Source: the human T2T-CHM13v2.0 reference genome, Homo sapiens
Length of the DNA stretch: 64,000 bases
Assembly: GCF_009914755.1 (NCBI RefSeq)
Contig: NC_060944.1
Direction: 5' to 3' (one strand)
Positions 1 to 16,156 of the stretch are shown piece by piece; the first letter of the stretch is position 1, and each line of letters starts with the position of its first letter. The notes under the pieces were generated by a model. It did no database searches, was not told the origin of the DNA, and was given only the letters and a program-made list of their open reading frames with translations. The translations under genes were made by a program, and so were the position numbers.

Positions 1-129
1 AATGGAAACCAAACCACAGGCGCATGGCGTGATGAATAAGGGTGCCACCGAGTGCAGACTTGGGCTCCAGCATCACGGCTGTTCAGCGGATAATGAAATT
101 GACACTTCACATTTGGGGAGGAAATAATG

Positions 130-450
130 AATTACTTATTAAATTTTATTTAAATTAGCTAGTCATTTAGATTAAAAAAAAAAAAGCTAGAAACTGTCCC
201 TGAGTCTTATTCTAAAAGAGACTTCAGAAAAATGGAAGATAAAAAGAAAAAAAAAATCCATACAGTATAAAAGAGAACACAACTGAATAGTTTAGTAATC
301 TTTAGAAAAATAAAGAAAAGATTGAACGATTTAATTGCATAAAATAAAAAATTTCTATAGAGCAAAATAAATCATAAAACTAAAAGATAAATACTACTGT
401 GAAATAAAAAAACTTTTAAACATATGAGAGAAATGGTTAATATCATTAAT
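130..450 (+). mobile_element. Old L1 (L1M) fragment
   Basis: A-rich degenerate L1 3' ORF2-like sequence (AAAGAAAAGATTGA...ATAAAATAAAAAATTTCT). Confidence 0.5.
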
Positions 451-1553
451 GTTAACTCTAGGGTGGGAGTAAAGTTGGGAGCTAAATAAATACTTTGGTA
501 AGGAGAGGAAGAGCCTTAAACTCTGTCCATCAACTCCTTCCTGCAGATATCGGCTCCCTGCACCCGCACCAGGTCAGGCTACTTCCAGGTGGGCAGGCTG
601 GGCCAGGTTCCTAAGTACCTAGAGCTGAAAGCCCCACGTACACCACTCCTCCATCCTGGTGGCCCACCTGGACCCTCCTGCCCCTCCTCTGCACCAGGTG
701 TGATGATAGGGGACAGGAGGAGTCACAGGAGACCTCTTCTCTCAGAAAGCAAGACCAGGCTGACATCCAAGCTAAAGGCAGGGGCTAGGACTGCTGGGTG
801 GAGGGATGGAGTGGGTTCTGGGTCAAAGGATAGGTGGGAGGAGATGGAAGGCTGTGCGCAGCAGCAGGGAGGGGCGGTGAGGAGGGGGAAAAGCAGAGAT
901 GGGAGCCCAAGCAGCTAGAATGGGGGCGGCAGTCAAGGGCAGGAGAGGTGGGACAGCTGAGGTGGGGGGTGTCCCTCCAGGCCCCAGAGCTGCCACTTCG
1001 CCTCTCCCAGTCATCCAATTTGCAACGAGTTCCCTTTAGTACATGGAAAGTATCCTCCGGAACTTGTTTGCAGGAAACAACGCAATGCATGAAAGCCCAC
1101 TTTGAGATGTTAATTACCTATTTGGTTCATTTATTCAAAATTTTTTTTTATTTACTCTGAGTCACACTGTGCTAGGCACTGGGAACAGTTGGAATACTCA
1201 CCACACCCATTCATTTATAAATTTTAAGACAATGTGAAAATGCTTAGATTTAAAATGGAAAACCATAAATGACAAGGTTTCTCTGCCAAGTCTACTCAAC
1301 TGCCTTTCACCAAGGTCAGAGAACTCCAGGGTGTGGGTTTCCTCCTAAATTTACTGAGGCTGCCATGGGCCAGGCAGCACGCTGGTCTCTGGGGTTAGAG
1401 TACTGACTATCCTCATGCGTTTATTAATTTAAAATGAGGCCCAAACACAGGGTCACACAGTGTCCAAAATGAAATAACCTTTGGACCGACACAGCTTGTT
1501 TCAAAACAGCTGAGATCCGTTGCCTTTTTGGCATTTGATTTTTGGTGCTGGGC

Positions 1554-1586
<33 letters not shown>

Positions 1587-2339
1587 CAAAAAAACGGGGA
1601 GGTGTATCTAGGAGGGGATCATAAATGCAGCTATTTAATCTGCTGTCACTTTGTAAGAGCCCCATTGAATTTTTGATGGGAAAAATGTTTTTGCCCGGGT
1701 TGAGCTTCAGGACAAAGAAGAAATGCAAGGAACAGAGAGCAGAATTGATAGTGTTTAAAAATATGTTAAAAGATCTTATACTTTGTAACAAAGTTGGTAA
1801 GCTACAATGGAAGAATTCCTGACACAGCAGAGGCCTGGCCAAACCCCTCCCCTGGGGGCCCCGGGAATAAAAGCTTCCTCCTCCAAGCTGTCAGTTGAAA
1901 GAAATCGTCCTGCCTGATGGCCATGTGCCACTCTCTCGATGCTTGGGAACAAAATTGTGATGTTGCAGACTATACATTGTTTTTCCAGAATAACACAGAA
2001 ATGTGTTCTGGAGAATCAGTTTAGACTTAGGGTATTTGGTGAACCAGTACAGGACTGGGAAACAGATGCCCTGGGTTCTAGTCCCGGCTTCACAGGAGTG
2101 ACCCTGCCCAAGGCTCGCTCACTCTCTCTCAACCTGTTTGCTCCTCTGTAAAAGAGGGATAATGAGCTAAAGGAGCTCCATCTCCCAAGACTAAGTGAGG
2201 ATCAAATATAGCAATCAGTGGGTGAGAGAGCCACTCATGCTTTTATCCTCCCTCCCTATATACACATCGTCTCCATGTTCCAGTTAGAATCTCAGGCAAG
2301 GCCAAGAACTGAATTCAGGGTGGCTGCTCATGTCCTTGG

Positions 2340-2770
2340 CCACTGGCACAAATGTGTGCCTCGAGGCCCCACTTTCCTCTTGTTTCTGTCACTTCTTATG
2401 TCAGTGCACCCAAAATCTCTGCTGGCCTTTCCATGGTGTAAAATTGTTTTGAGGAGGCATCTTTCCAGTCTAGCACTACATTTCCTCGCCTGCCTTGCAT
2501 CTGGGGTTAGCTATATGAGAAGTTCTCATCAAGGGAAGGTGAGCAGAAGTGATGTGTCTCCTCTGGGCTGGGGTTTATGTGAAGCAGGGGGATGGTGGAG
2601 CCAGTGATAGAGGAAGCCTGGATCCCTGAATCACCACATGGAGGAAAGCTGTCAGCAAACAAGGAACTGGACTTTTCAGTGAACTGGAGTCATCAGTGAG
2701 CAGGAAACAGACTTCTGAGATTAAGCCAGTGAAATTCGGAGCTTACTTGTTGCAGTAGCTAATGTTACCC
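2340..2770 (+). mobile_element. MaLR LTR fragment (MLT1J/K-like)
   Basis: AAGCCTGGATCCCTGA...TTAAGCCAGTGAAATT...TTGTTGCAGTAGC resembles an MLT1 3' end. Confidence 0.5.
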
Positions 2771-3155
2771 AGAAGATACACACTATCCACACACTCACCT
2801 CCCCTGGCACAAGCTGCCCTTTCAAACCTCTCAGACATTCACCGATCACATTCACACAGATCCAGGGAACTGGATCACTGATGTTATCAACTTAGTCATT
2901 GATTGAACAAATATTTATAACTCATCTGCAATGTGCAAGGAGCAAGGCTAAGCATCCCCAACACAGTGCAGATCACACCCCTACCCTTCCTGGAGGAAGT
3001 CATGTCCAGGCCTCCTCCCAAGTCTAGCTGCTGGCCTGAGGCCTGAGGCCCTCATTCTCCTACCTGGGGATCCAGCCCACCCTTAGACCCCTGATCCTGG
3101 ACTTTCCCTTCTTCAAACACCAGCCCCTACTCACTGTGGACAATACACCCTAGAG

Positions 3156-3499
3156 CAGTGGTTTCCAACCCCTAGGCCCATGGACCTCCACCGGTCTGTA
3201 GCCTGTTAGGAACTGGGCCGCACAGCAGGAGGTGAATGGCAGGCAAGTGAGAATTACCACCCGAGCTCCACCTCCTATCAGATCAGCGGCAGTATCAGAT
3301 TCTCATAGGAGCACGAACCCTATTGTGAACTGCTCATGTGAGGGATCTGGGTTGCACTCTCCTTATAAGAATCTAATGCCTGATGATCAGAGGTGGAACA
3401 GTTCCATTCCTAAACCATCCTTCTCCCGTACCACCGGTCCGTGGGAAAATTGTCTTCCACAAAACCGGTCCCTGGTGCCTAAAAGGTTGGAGACCACTG
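3156..3499. mobile_element. MER1B-like hAT-Charlie MITE, complete
   Basis: TIRs CAGTGGTTTCCAACC / GGTTGGAGACCACTG (14/15); perfect 8-bp TSD CCCTAGAG at 3148-3155 and 3500-3507. Confidence 0.9.
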
Positions 3500-6469
3500 C
3501 CCTAGAGACTGTCTTCCCCTTAGGACTGTCACTCCCCGTCATTAATGTAAAAATCCAACTGGAAGTCCTCACCATTCCACCCTCAGCCCTCTCAGCTTTC
3601 CTCCAACTGCATCCCTTAGAGACCTCCAAAACCAGAACTCCCTCCTTTTATCATTATCTGTCCCCCTTCTGCCTTCCCTTCACTCTTAATCTAGGATCGA
3701 CCTGAGAGCTGAGCATTTTCACTGTGTCTTCAAGCCCTGTACAGATGGCAGGGTGCATGTCCAGCCATCCCTGGCAGCCCCAGAAGCTGCTAATAGTTCT
3801 CCAGGGCCTTCTCATTTGTCCTGATTCTTTTGCATGGCCTCCCTTCAGATGTAGTGCCTCCTTCCCCCATACCACACACATATTGCGTGGAGCTGAGGAC
3901 ACCACTGTCCACCCCTGGAAATGGAAACATAAGCTACTGACCCCTTTGCAAGCTGACCTTGCTGCCTCTTTAAGTGAAGGGTTTAACTGTGTCCACAGGG
4001 TTTGGCCAGCAGACCATAGGCTGGATTTCAACTTCATTCACTTCCTTTACACAGTACACAACCTATACAACTGTACATGGTCGACTTGGCTTTGAGCTCC
4101 TAAATCTGGCTCTTGGGGTCCTCCCTCTGGCTTGCCCCTCCAGCTGTATCCAGGCCCTTTCTGCCATGCCCTGGATTCTCCACCAATAGACAGCTTCATG
4201 GGGAGCCCTGTGTATAGCAGGCTACTTCAAACCACCCTGTCTTTGCTCTTACTGTGTCTTCTGACTAAAGAATTCTGCTTTGCTCAGCCGGCTCCTGGTC
4301 ATCTCTGAGACCTCGTTTGGGAGTGTCCCCATCCTGGAAGTCTTTCTGCATCCCTTCTTGCCTCCTGCAGCCTCCACTCCCAGCCCCTGTGGCCCCTGGG
4401 TAACCCCCATTGGCACTCCTTGCCCTCCACTGCCATTTCTGTCCACACATCTGTCTGAACACAGCCTCTCTCCAGCAGGGATCACATCTGTAAACTTGGT
4501 AGCCTGCTCCAGTTCTGGACCTGGCAGCAGAGGACAGCAGGAAATGGAACTAAATGAGGAAAATGGTTTTAATCTAAAAGAGTGCTTGATAGGATGAAAT
4601 GAATCCATTCTGATAGATTCACTCATTCATGATTCACTGGGTCAACAAATACTTTTTGAGCACACGCTGTGTGCCAGGCACTGTGTTGGCCCTGGGGCAC
4701 CGTGAACAACCATTTCTGGCTATGTGGGAGCTCCCAGCTTCAGCTCTCACATACATCATGGTACCAGAAAGAGAAGTGTAAATAATGATTCTGACTGGGG
4801 CAATGTGAGAGGAAAGGAAAATCCGGGCCTAACCTGGCAGGGGCTGTGGGTGGAAGCCCATGATTCTGGGAGTGGAAGGAGGGCCACAGGCTGCAGCCAA
4901 GGCCTGGGGGCTGTTCCCCATCCACCTGTGACCTTCAAGAGCCTAGGCCTGGAAGTTAAGATCCTGGACTCCCAGGCGCCTCTCTTATGTGAGCGGCTCA
5001 GAGAGCTTGAGCAAGGCACTGCCCTGCTTTACATTGCAACTTTGAGGGAGAAGAATCCGTGGCTGAATGAAGTTTGAGCCCCCAGGTCTGATGTCAGTCC
5101 ATGGGGGGCCTGCCCTTGGTATAAGCCCCTTGCTCTTGGGTACAGAGGCCACCACAGAGCCAGAGACAGCCAGGACCACTTTGTGGGCCAGGCCCAGGCT
5201 GCTTGCTAAAATTTGAAGAACCATCTGCTTACCCAGTGCTGCTAGAGTTGCCATTTTAATAACCAAGTTTAGGAGATTCAGTTAAGATTGGGAGCCTCAT
5301 CCCTCTCCTAGGGAGGCCTCACAATTGGTGTTTTTCTTTGCAAAAGCACGAGTGGGGCCCTTTGCAGGGGTTTTTGTACAGCAAGCAGCACAGAGAGAAA
5401 AAGAAATAAAACCAACAACTTTAGTTCAAAGATGCCAGTAATAGGGGGTTTCTTTTCCAGTCTCCCCATGGAAGGTTGTCGACAGTACAGGCACAATCAG
5501 GCCCGGCGGCTGGCCTGCTCAGAGAGAGGGACGTGTGCTCCTTTGTTAGGACGGGCTGAATAGGATGTCCCTGCACCCAGACCTGGTCTCCCGGCTAACA
5601 AAGGGCCCCTTTATCACCCCGGGCAAAGAGTGCTGCTGAGGTTGCCACAGCAACTCAGGGACACAGACTTAACGTGCAAGTGACATTTCAGATGGTAACC
5701 GGGCATGCAAAAATTCAAATTTCTTTTTGTAGAGTGGTTTCCTTCTCTAGATATTTTAAAGGAACCATATTGCAAACAAAAGAAAAAAATAAGTAAGCCA
5801 ACAATACACACGCGGTCAAGCAGCAAACAGAACACTGCAATTCAGCATGCTGGCTCCTCCCCTCCTGATGAAAAAGTTGGGTGAAAAGCCTTGCTGAGGG
5901 CATCGTGGGAGGCCCTGGGTGAGCTGAGGGTTTTTCTTATCTCAAAGGCAATCGGACAACATTAAATAAAGTTTGGGGAAAAAATCACCTGGAATTCCAG
6001 TCACTGGACACAGGACACTTTTCCTTGTCTCTGTCTCTGTGTTTACCAAATACTACTGGATGATTCGCTGCATGCCAGGCTGAGAGCTGGGCCGGGGCAT
6101 GCAAACAGATGTCAGGTTCCTGCTGTCCAAGGTGGACGGTAGGGTGCGGTCTCATGTAAATGTGATCTCCATCCAACGCTACATTGCCTTTAGTTGAGGT
6201 CAAGGGAGTCGCCCCTCAGAGGAAGAAATCGATGTGGCATGAGCAGAGGTGAGCAGGGAATAGTGGAACTTGGATTTGCTGCCAACCCAGTGTTGACCCT
6301 TTGTTGCTATTCGCTGGATGGGATGAGGGAGACCCTGAGGGAAGGAAGGAAGACAAGGAGGAAGGGCTACCTCTACATTCTTCTATAGTGGAAATCATGG
6401 TAAATAGCATGACGCAGACACAAATGTTTACCCAACTGCCACCATAACACACGAGGTATTTTCCCTCCA

Positions 6470-6940
6470 CATTTTATGATGACAGTTTAATAAACAATGT
6501 GGAAAGGCTATGACAGCAAACACCTGTGTATCCACCACCTGGATTCCACCATTACTTTCCTCTCCTGCTTTTATCACATACTTACTATCCATCTATCTGT
6601 TTCTCTATCCATTCATCAAGCTGCCTTCTTTTGGAAGTGCATTTCCAGTTGCAGACATCCTTTCACTTCCCCTAAACTACATCAGCATGTGTACCATCAA
6701 TTAGAGTCTAATACTTGTTTACAATTTTTAAAATGTGAAATTTACATACAATGCAATGTACAAACCTTAAATGTACATTTTCTGAGTTTTGAGGAATGTG
6801 ACTGCCTGTGTAACCTAAGCCTTCATCGAGATATAGGATATTAGGGTTACTTCAGAAAGTTTCCTCATGTTCCTGCCGGTCAATTCCCCCACTTACCAAC
6901 CATTAGAGCAAAAATAACGTTCTTGTGTTGCTTTCTAGTC
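6470..6940 (-). mobile_element. Old L1M 3'-end fragments
   Basis: GTGAAATTTACATACAATG...AATGTACA...TGAGTTTTGA...TGTGTAACC is a typical antisense L1M 3' UTR. Confidence 0.55.
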
Positions 6941-7044
6941 TTCATGGCCATTCATTCTTCTGTTTACTTAATCAATTCATTCTTTAGTCACCCAGGGCCT
7001 GTGTCTCATGTGTCTCAGGCACTGGACACATGTCCCGATAGGAG

Positions 7045-7245
7045 ATGGTGTGTAAATGTAAATGCTCTGGGTTTGAATCTCAGGCCTAGTGTTTTGTAGG
7101 GCAAGCCATCTAACCTCTTTGAGCTCCACTTTCCTGACCTGTAAACTGGGGATGGTAACATTAGCAACAACCTCACAGTGGGTAGATTATGTGAGATGAT
7201 ACATGCCAACCACTTAGTACATAGTAAGTGCTCAGTAAACATATT
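7045..7245 (+). mobile_element. MIR SINE
   Basis: GGGCAAG...AACCTCTTTGAGC...CTGTAAACTGGGGATG...TAGTAAGTGCTCAGTAAA core. Confidence 0.75.
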
Positions 7246-8199
7246 GTCTTGAGGGAGGCCACAGCTGAATGGTTGTTGTCAGCCCTCCAGGACTTTAAAA
7301 GCCTTTATTTTTCTCATGGCCATTAACTCGACTACTGTCTCTGTCTAATTTTGGCTATTAAAAGCCCTGCTTCTCTGAACGTTTTTGGGCAAGGATATTT
7401 AGGCTTCTACAGAACGATCGTCCAAAGCCCAGTAGAGACTTGGAAGGGAGTGACCAGAGAGTAGTACATCTTTTATTTTTATGTTCTTGTCTTCATGCGC
7501 CCCTTAAAGTGGGCTTGCTTATGAAGCCACCAGCGGTTGGGGAATGGTCGTTACCATAAGGGGCATTGCCAAAGGTCTTCTTCAAGGTGAGAAGTAGCAG
7601 CTGACTCTATCTTTATTCTCCTTCGTCCACCCCTGTGCTATAGCAGATGATAGAAAATACAGCAGCAGAGGGGCATGTAGGACCAAAGTGGAGTATTGTC
7701 ATCCTTAGAAGGGGGAAACATTAGTAGACATTCTCTTGTGAAAATGAAGGAGCCAGGGTCCGGGCAGGTCACCCTTGCTCAGAGCTGAGCCACTTGAAGA
7801 TGAGTCCAAAAGCAAGGATAAGAAACAGCCATCTGTTTCACTTGCCTAACTCTTAGCCATCCTACAGTGCCCAGCTCAGCATCACCCCCCTCAGGAAGTA
7901 CTCCTCTGTGTTCCCAATCCACTTTGTACTTAACTCTATTATGTTTATCATACTATACTTCATTGACCACTTACCTGTCTGTCTCCCCAATTCAGCTATG
8001 AGCACAAATCATGTCGCAATCATAGTTTGAGTCTCTAGTCCCTGGCATGTGCTAAAAAATATTTTTCTTATATTAATTTAACCAATATTGCCAAATGTTT
8101 TCTAAGTACTAGGTGCTTTATGTGTATTATCTTTGTTTGTTTGCAAAAATGTTAATTTTTCTTCCCAGTTACTATAAAAAATTTGGAGAATATAGAAAA

Positions 8200-9480
8200 T
8201 AGAAATATAGAATAAAAATGTAGTTTAATGACAGACAAACTTTAAGTATGATTGATTAAGAAAATAAGAGAAAGAGCATATGTAACAGATACAAGAGCAT
8301 TTCAAAAATCATAATACTAAAGACACGTTTAACCCAATACATTTGAAAAGCTAAGTGAAATGAACAATGTTGTAGAAAAGCATACCAACATTTACTAAGA
8401 AAAAATGATATGATCATCCAATTATAATTTAAGAAGTTGAATCGGTTATTAAAATTCTTCTTTCCCATTCATTAGGCTAAACCAGTATAACCTTGACACA
8501 TAAAGCTTGGCAACAATAGCACAGAATTTTAGACCAATTTTGGTTATTAACATAGATGCAAAAAAAAACCCTAAGTGAAATAACTTCAAATGGAGTTTAG
8601 CAGTGTATTAGAAAATAAAATATGGCTGGAGGTAGTGGCTCATGGCTGTAATACCAGTCACATGGGAGGCTGAGGCAGAAGGATCACTTGAGCCCAGGAG
8701 TTCGAGGCTGCAGTGAGCTATGATCACACCACTGGACTCCAGCCTGGGTGACAGAGTGAGACCCTGTTTGTAATAATAATAATAAAATTAGAAGCAAATA
8801 GAAGTCCCAACAATTACCCAAGGTATTCAAGGATGGTTCAATATAAATAATATCTCTATATATAATACATATAATTAATAGGTTAGATGATAAAACCCAG
8901 ATGGTTATTTCAATAGATGCCAAAAAAAAACCACATTGTAAACTACAATTAATTCATGCCAGAAAAAAATATCTTAGCAGACTAGGAATAAAAAGAAACT
9001 TTATTAATTGATAAAATGTATTACCAAAAGCTACAGTAAGTATCTTACTTAATGGCTTAATGGTGAAATATAAGAAGTAGGTTCACTGAAGTAAGGAACA
9101 TGACAAGAATGCCTGGTATCACCACTTCTATTTAACATTGATTCTAGAGGTGCTGGACAATGCAATAAGAAAAGACAAAGAAAGAAGTGGTAAGAAGATT
9201 GAAAAGGAAGAACAGAATCAATCCCCCTTCCAGACAACATGACCATCTACACAGAAAGTCAAAGGGAATCTATAGAAAAACAGAGCAAATAAGAGAGTTT
9301 AAAAATTTTTCTTGAATACAATATCAACTTTGAAAACTTTAATAGTTTCCTATCTATCTGAATTAAAACAACTTTTAATAAAAAATTTAATTCTCCCCAA
9401 GTTAATTGAACAATTAAATGTAATTTCAAGTAAAATACTAATAGGGTTTTCTTTTTACCTTAACCTGAAATTTGTATGAC
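8200..9480 (+). mobile_element. Degenerate L1 ORF2 (RT region) fragment, interrupted by an Alu monomer
   Basis: Remnants of the L1 RT motif region (CPLSPLLFNI...FADDM-like) around 9100-9260; no intact frame. Confidence 0.7.
8624..8787 (+). mobile_element. Alu monomer (FRAM/FAM-like)
   Basis: Single ~150-bp Alu arm with a (TAA)n tail. Confidence 0.8.
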
Positions 9481-9899
9481 AGATCAGAAAGATGCAGTGA
9501 GGTGTAGTAGTTATGAGTGTGAATTTGGAAGCCAAACTGGCTAGTTGCACATCCTGGCTACAGCTTGTTCTAATGGCAGGTAAGTTACTTGGCCTCTCTG
9601 TGCCTCAGTTTCCTCAAGTATAAGATAGGGACTACCTACCTCATGGGATTGTTGGCTAAGGGAGTTGAGCAGAGTCCAGGACTTGCATTCAGAGTCTTTG
9701 ACCTCTCATCTGGTATTCTTATATGCAAGGGCCAGAGTAAGTCACTTTGTGCCAAAGTCTGTCACACACGTGTTGGTCCATTAGATCTTTTGTCCAGCAG
9801 ACACTTTGAGTACAAATTGTGGGCTTCTTTGGCTCATTGTCAGAAATAATGGACAGGTTGGCATGCTGTTGGCCAGAGGGCACCATGGCAAGGGCTCTA

Positions 9900-10358
9900 G
9901 GAATGCCCACTGCTGCCTCAGACAACAGCTACCCACCAACAAAGTTCCTGGAGGAGATGTGTATAGCTTGTACCTGCCTGCCTCTCTTTGCTTATGGGCT
10001 TTCTCTGGTTGCCACAGCCCTGTGGTGCCTCTCAGGCTGAACTGCCAGGAATGAATGCCCCAGACAGGAGGCTTTAACCAAGAGTGTTAAGAGAGTGGGT
10101 GGGTAAAACCCCAATTCCTTGTTCTTTAAGGGGATAACTCCAAGTATGCGCTCTACGCTGTTTCCAGAATTCCCCAGTGGAGTTAGGCTCCAGTTGCCCA
10201 CAGTAGGAATTTGTTAGATAATATGCCCTTTCTTGACTGTCTTCCTTTCTTGTCTCACTTTCCCACACCACTATCTGTGTGTCCCGGAACTGCGCTCCCG
10301 TAAACTACTTGCACCAGAATCTGTGTCTCAGGATCTGCTTTTGACCTCAACTAAGATA
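9900..10358 (+). mobile_element. ERVL LTR16-like solo LTR
   Basis: CCCCAGTGGAGTTAGGCTCCAGTTGCCCACAG...TAAACTACTTGCAC...TCTCAGGATCTGCTTTTG...AACTAAGA 3' end. Confidence 0.65.
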
Positions 10359-10573
10359 AGTTGAGCTTTTGAAGTGAGGTTTTCCCTGTGGACTTCCATT
10401 TTCTGCACCTCAATCCAGCTTAACATATCCCACCACAGGCATGCTGGCTACTGGGAAGGAGGGGACAGAGATAGATGGTAGACAGGGCCTCACTGGAGGG
10501 CTGAATTGTGACTTCCCTCACTGGCAAACATGGCCCATCTGTGAGCTGGAATCTGAACAATTAAATTCTTCAC

Positions 10574-10606
10574 GTGTGTGTGTGTGTGTGTGTGTGTGTA
10601 GGAAGG

Positions 10607-10638
<32 letters not shown>

Positions 10639-10645
10639 GGAAGGT
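10574..10645. repeat. Compound (TG)n microsatellite, two units each ending in TAGGAAGG
   Basis: Read directly. Confidence 0.9.
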
Positions 10646-11144
10646 CTTCTCCCCAGAGGTGGGCAGGAAGCATCCAGGCTTTGTTAGCCCCTGTGCTAGT
10701 CACTGGTGGCACTGAGATGAGCGAGCTATTGTCCTCGCCTTGGAGAAACTCACTGGGCAAATGTGATGTTGCAGTTCTTTGAGATTCACACTAGTAGTCC
10801 TGTGTGCAGATGGTTATTGGAGCAGCAAATTGGAGCACTAAGTTGGAGTCTTGGAGAAGTCTTAACCAAATAAATGTTACTTGAATTAGGTCTTAAAAAA
10901 TGAGTCGACATTTGTTAGGATTTTTATGGCTCGGAGAATAGGATTAAATATTTTCTCAGGCCCTTAAAACTTCCACCTGGAAGTGACACACACCGATTCT
11001 GTTCATGTTCCATTAGCTAAAGTGTCACATGGTCACACCGAAATTCAAGTGGGTGGGGGAGTACAAGTCTACCACGTGCCTATAAGGAGAAAGAGGAAGA
11101 AGATTCATTACTAGATCTAAGTGCTCCCACAGTTGGGTATTTAG

Positions 11145-12143
<999 letters not shown>

Positions 12144-12869
12144 CATCTATATTCTGATATCTCAGCTATTTATGATGTCAGAAACTGAGAGGTGGAAGAT
12201 GAACAAACAGATACTCTGGGTCTCCAGACTGGACCAGCTGGGCTACTGGCTGAGATCTGAGCTTCCTCTCTCACAGATTTTTCCTTGCAATCAAAGGGAA
12301 GAGAGGAGAACTGAAGCCCCACTACCATCTTCAAGACAACAGATGAGGCTCTGGTGTTTCTTTGGGGGAACTGAGTCATCAGCTTCCTGTCTGATCAACT
12401 GCCAACATGAAGTGGCAAGATCAAGCTTTGGGGCCTTGTTGGACTTTGCTGCTGGACTTCTCAGATACCTCCGTGGTGCTGGCTCCCTCCTCAGGGAAGA
12501 AAGTGGATATACGTGATTGGCAGGGTTGATTGTTGCTGCTGCTGGCAGGCTCCAGAGAAGTCAAATAGCTGCCTGTAGCTGACCCATTGCACATGCATCT
12601 TCAAACTCTGGTGGTCATTGTTCTACACCTCTGGCCAGAGTTAGTGGGACCAACACTGTGGAAATATGGGCAGTAGGAAGTGCTCCAGGTGGAATTTCCA
12701 GACTTAGGTGTAGTCCTGGCTCTACTATTAACTGTCAGGATGTGCATTCCTCACTGGGTCTCACTCTTCTCATCTGTAAAATGGCCACAGCAGTCTTATT
12801 TCCTGACCCAGAGTATTTCTGTGAAGACTGATTTCTTCAACCTGCAACAGAGGTGTCTGCAAAAAAAAA

Positions 12870-14650
<1,781 letters not shown>

Positions 14651-15892
14651 AATGGAAATTTTTTTCTGATGAGGTGTGGCATTGTATTTCTAGAAACAAT
14701 GACTGCTGAAATTTATTTGGAAGTTCTTTCCTTTCTGAGCTATAATTTCCCTCTGTTGTTCCCAAGCCTTCAGTGAATGCCTGTTTCCCACACCTATCTT
14801 TTGTTAATGCATCTTTCTTATGGTCCTAGTTCTAGGCCAGGACCAGCAAAGCCCAAGCAGCAGTTGAGAACTAAGTTCTAAGCTAGCTCCTGAGTGGGCA
14901 GGAAGCTCAAGTCCTTTTCTCCCAATGGCATCCTATATCCTGGTGCCACACAAGAATGCCATTCTGGCTGACTTCGCCTCCTGGCCTCTCCCAGTCAGAC
15001 ATACCTGGAGCAGTCAGTGAGCAGTGAGATTGCTAGGGGAGATTGCTAGTGTAGACAATTCTTGCATGAAAAGGGGGATGGGGGTGCAACAGTCTAGCAA
15101 CCAGCAAGTGATATCAAGAACTAGAGGGTTTTTTTTTTTTTTTTGGTTGGGGAGGAACCCCATTTCACAGTCACCTTTCTGACCCACCATCAGAGCCATC
15201 CCATTCCAATCTCATTTTCTTCCTTTCCTCACTCCAAGAGACCGTGACTGTGGGCAGATCCTAGACCCCTCTTCAGAGCTTCGGGCTCTAGGCATTCCTG
15301 CGGCCCTCCCCTCCCTATCATTAAAAGGGGTGGGGTCCTGCTGCCTTCTCCAAGTGGTTTCAGCTCTGGATCCTTTGGGGGCAACGGAGCCCACCCGCCT
15401 GGAGCTCCATTACTGATGCTGCAAGTTTTTGACTCAGTTTCCCCATATGTGAGTGAGAGTTTAAGCGCGGCAATCTCCAGGGGGGGCTGTCAAGCTGACT
15501 CAGATCAGTGAGACGAGGAGGGGGCGGGCATGCTAAGAGCATCCTCCGGCGCTGGCCTGCGTCCCCCCAGGTAAGGCAGCACCCATCTCCAAAGTGGTCC
15601 TGTCACCACCTTCCTCTTCCCCCCGCACCCACGCCGCGGGGCGGGGACTAGCGCCGCCTCAAATATTTAGGGCAAGGGAGTGTCCCACTTCTGGGGAGGG
15701 GTGCCGTTCGGGCTTCTCTCCTCACCGTGGGTGGCGAAAGGCGGGACGGAAAAGCGCCGTCTGGACAGGCGCGCCCCCCTCAGGGATGCAGGGCCGGGCG
15801 GGGGACCCGGCGGCGGCCCAGCCCGGAGGAAGGACCTCCACGCCCCGGCCCGGGCCCCCGGGCCCCCGGCCCTAGGCAGCGCCCGAGGCCGG

Positions 15893-15932
15893 AACAATAG
15901 CGCGCGCGGGCGGGGCGGGGGCGGGGGCGGGG
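15893..15932 (+). promoter_or_regulatory. Proximal promoter: SOX-type AACAAT site plus tandem GC boxes (Sp/KLF); potential G-quadruplex
   Basis: AACAAT at 15893-15898; GGGCGGGGCGGGGGCGGGGGCGGGG at 15908-15932 (five G-runs). Confidence 0.7.
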
Positions 15933-16030
15933 CGCTCCTCTGGGCACCGCCCCCGGCCCGCCCCCCGCGCTCGCAGTCCCGCTCGCACACTGGCTCCCAC
16001 CCGCCGCCCGCCCAGGCACTGCCCGCGGGA

Positions 16031-16050
16031 GCCGCCGCCGCCGCCGCCGC
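16031..16050 (+). repeat. (GCC)6 trinucleotide repeat in the 5' UTR, just upstream of the ATG
   Basis: GCCGCCGCCGCCGCCGCCGC read directly. Confidence 0.9.
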
Positions 16051-16057
16051 GCCCGCC

Positions 16058-16156
16058 ATGGACGTCCGCCTGTACCCCTCGGCGCCCGCGGTGGGCGCGC
16101 GGCCCGGGGCCGAGCCGGCCGGCCTGGCGCACCTGGACTATTACCACGGCGGCAAG
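16058..16156 (+). CDS. TOX2: TOX2 coding exon 1a, MDVRLYPSAPAVGARPGAEPAGLAHLDYYHGGK (33 codons; partial CDS)
   Basis: Strong Kozak context GCCCGCCATGG, TOX-family MDVR-type N-terminus, donor AAG|GTAGGC at 16156/16157 followed by intronic G-runs, inside a CpG island. Confidence 0.95.

Noticed and set aside
1555-1595. Isolated long poly(A) as a possible retrocopy tail
   Set aside because: No flanking TSD or nearby upstream AATAAA was found; treated as a simple repeat.
15680-16057. N-terminal extension of the 398-aa ORF upstream of MDVRL
   Set aside because: Starts at a GTG in promoter DNA. The frame is open because the CpG island is GC-rich; the ATG at 16058 has the Kozak context.
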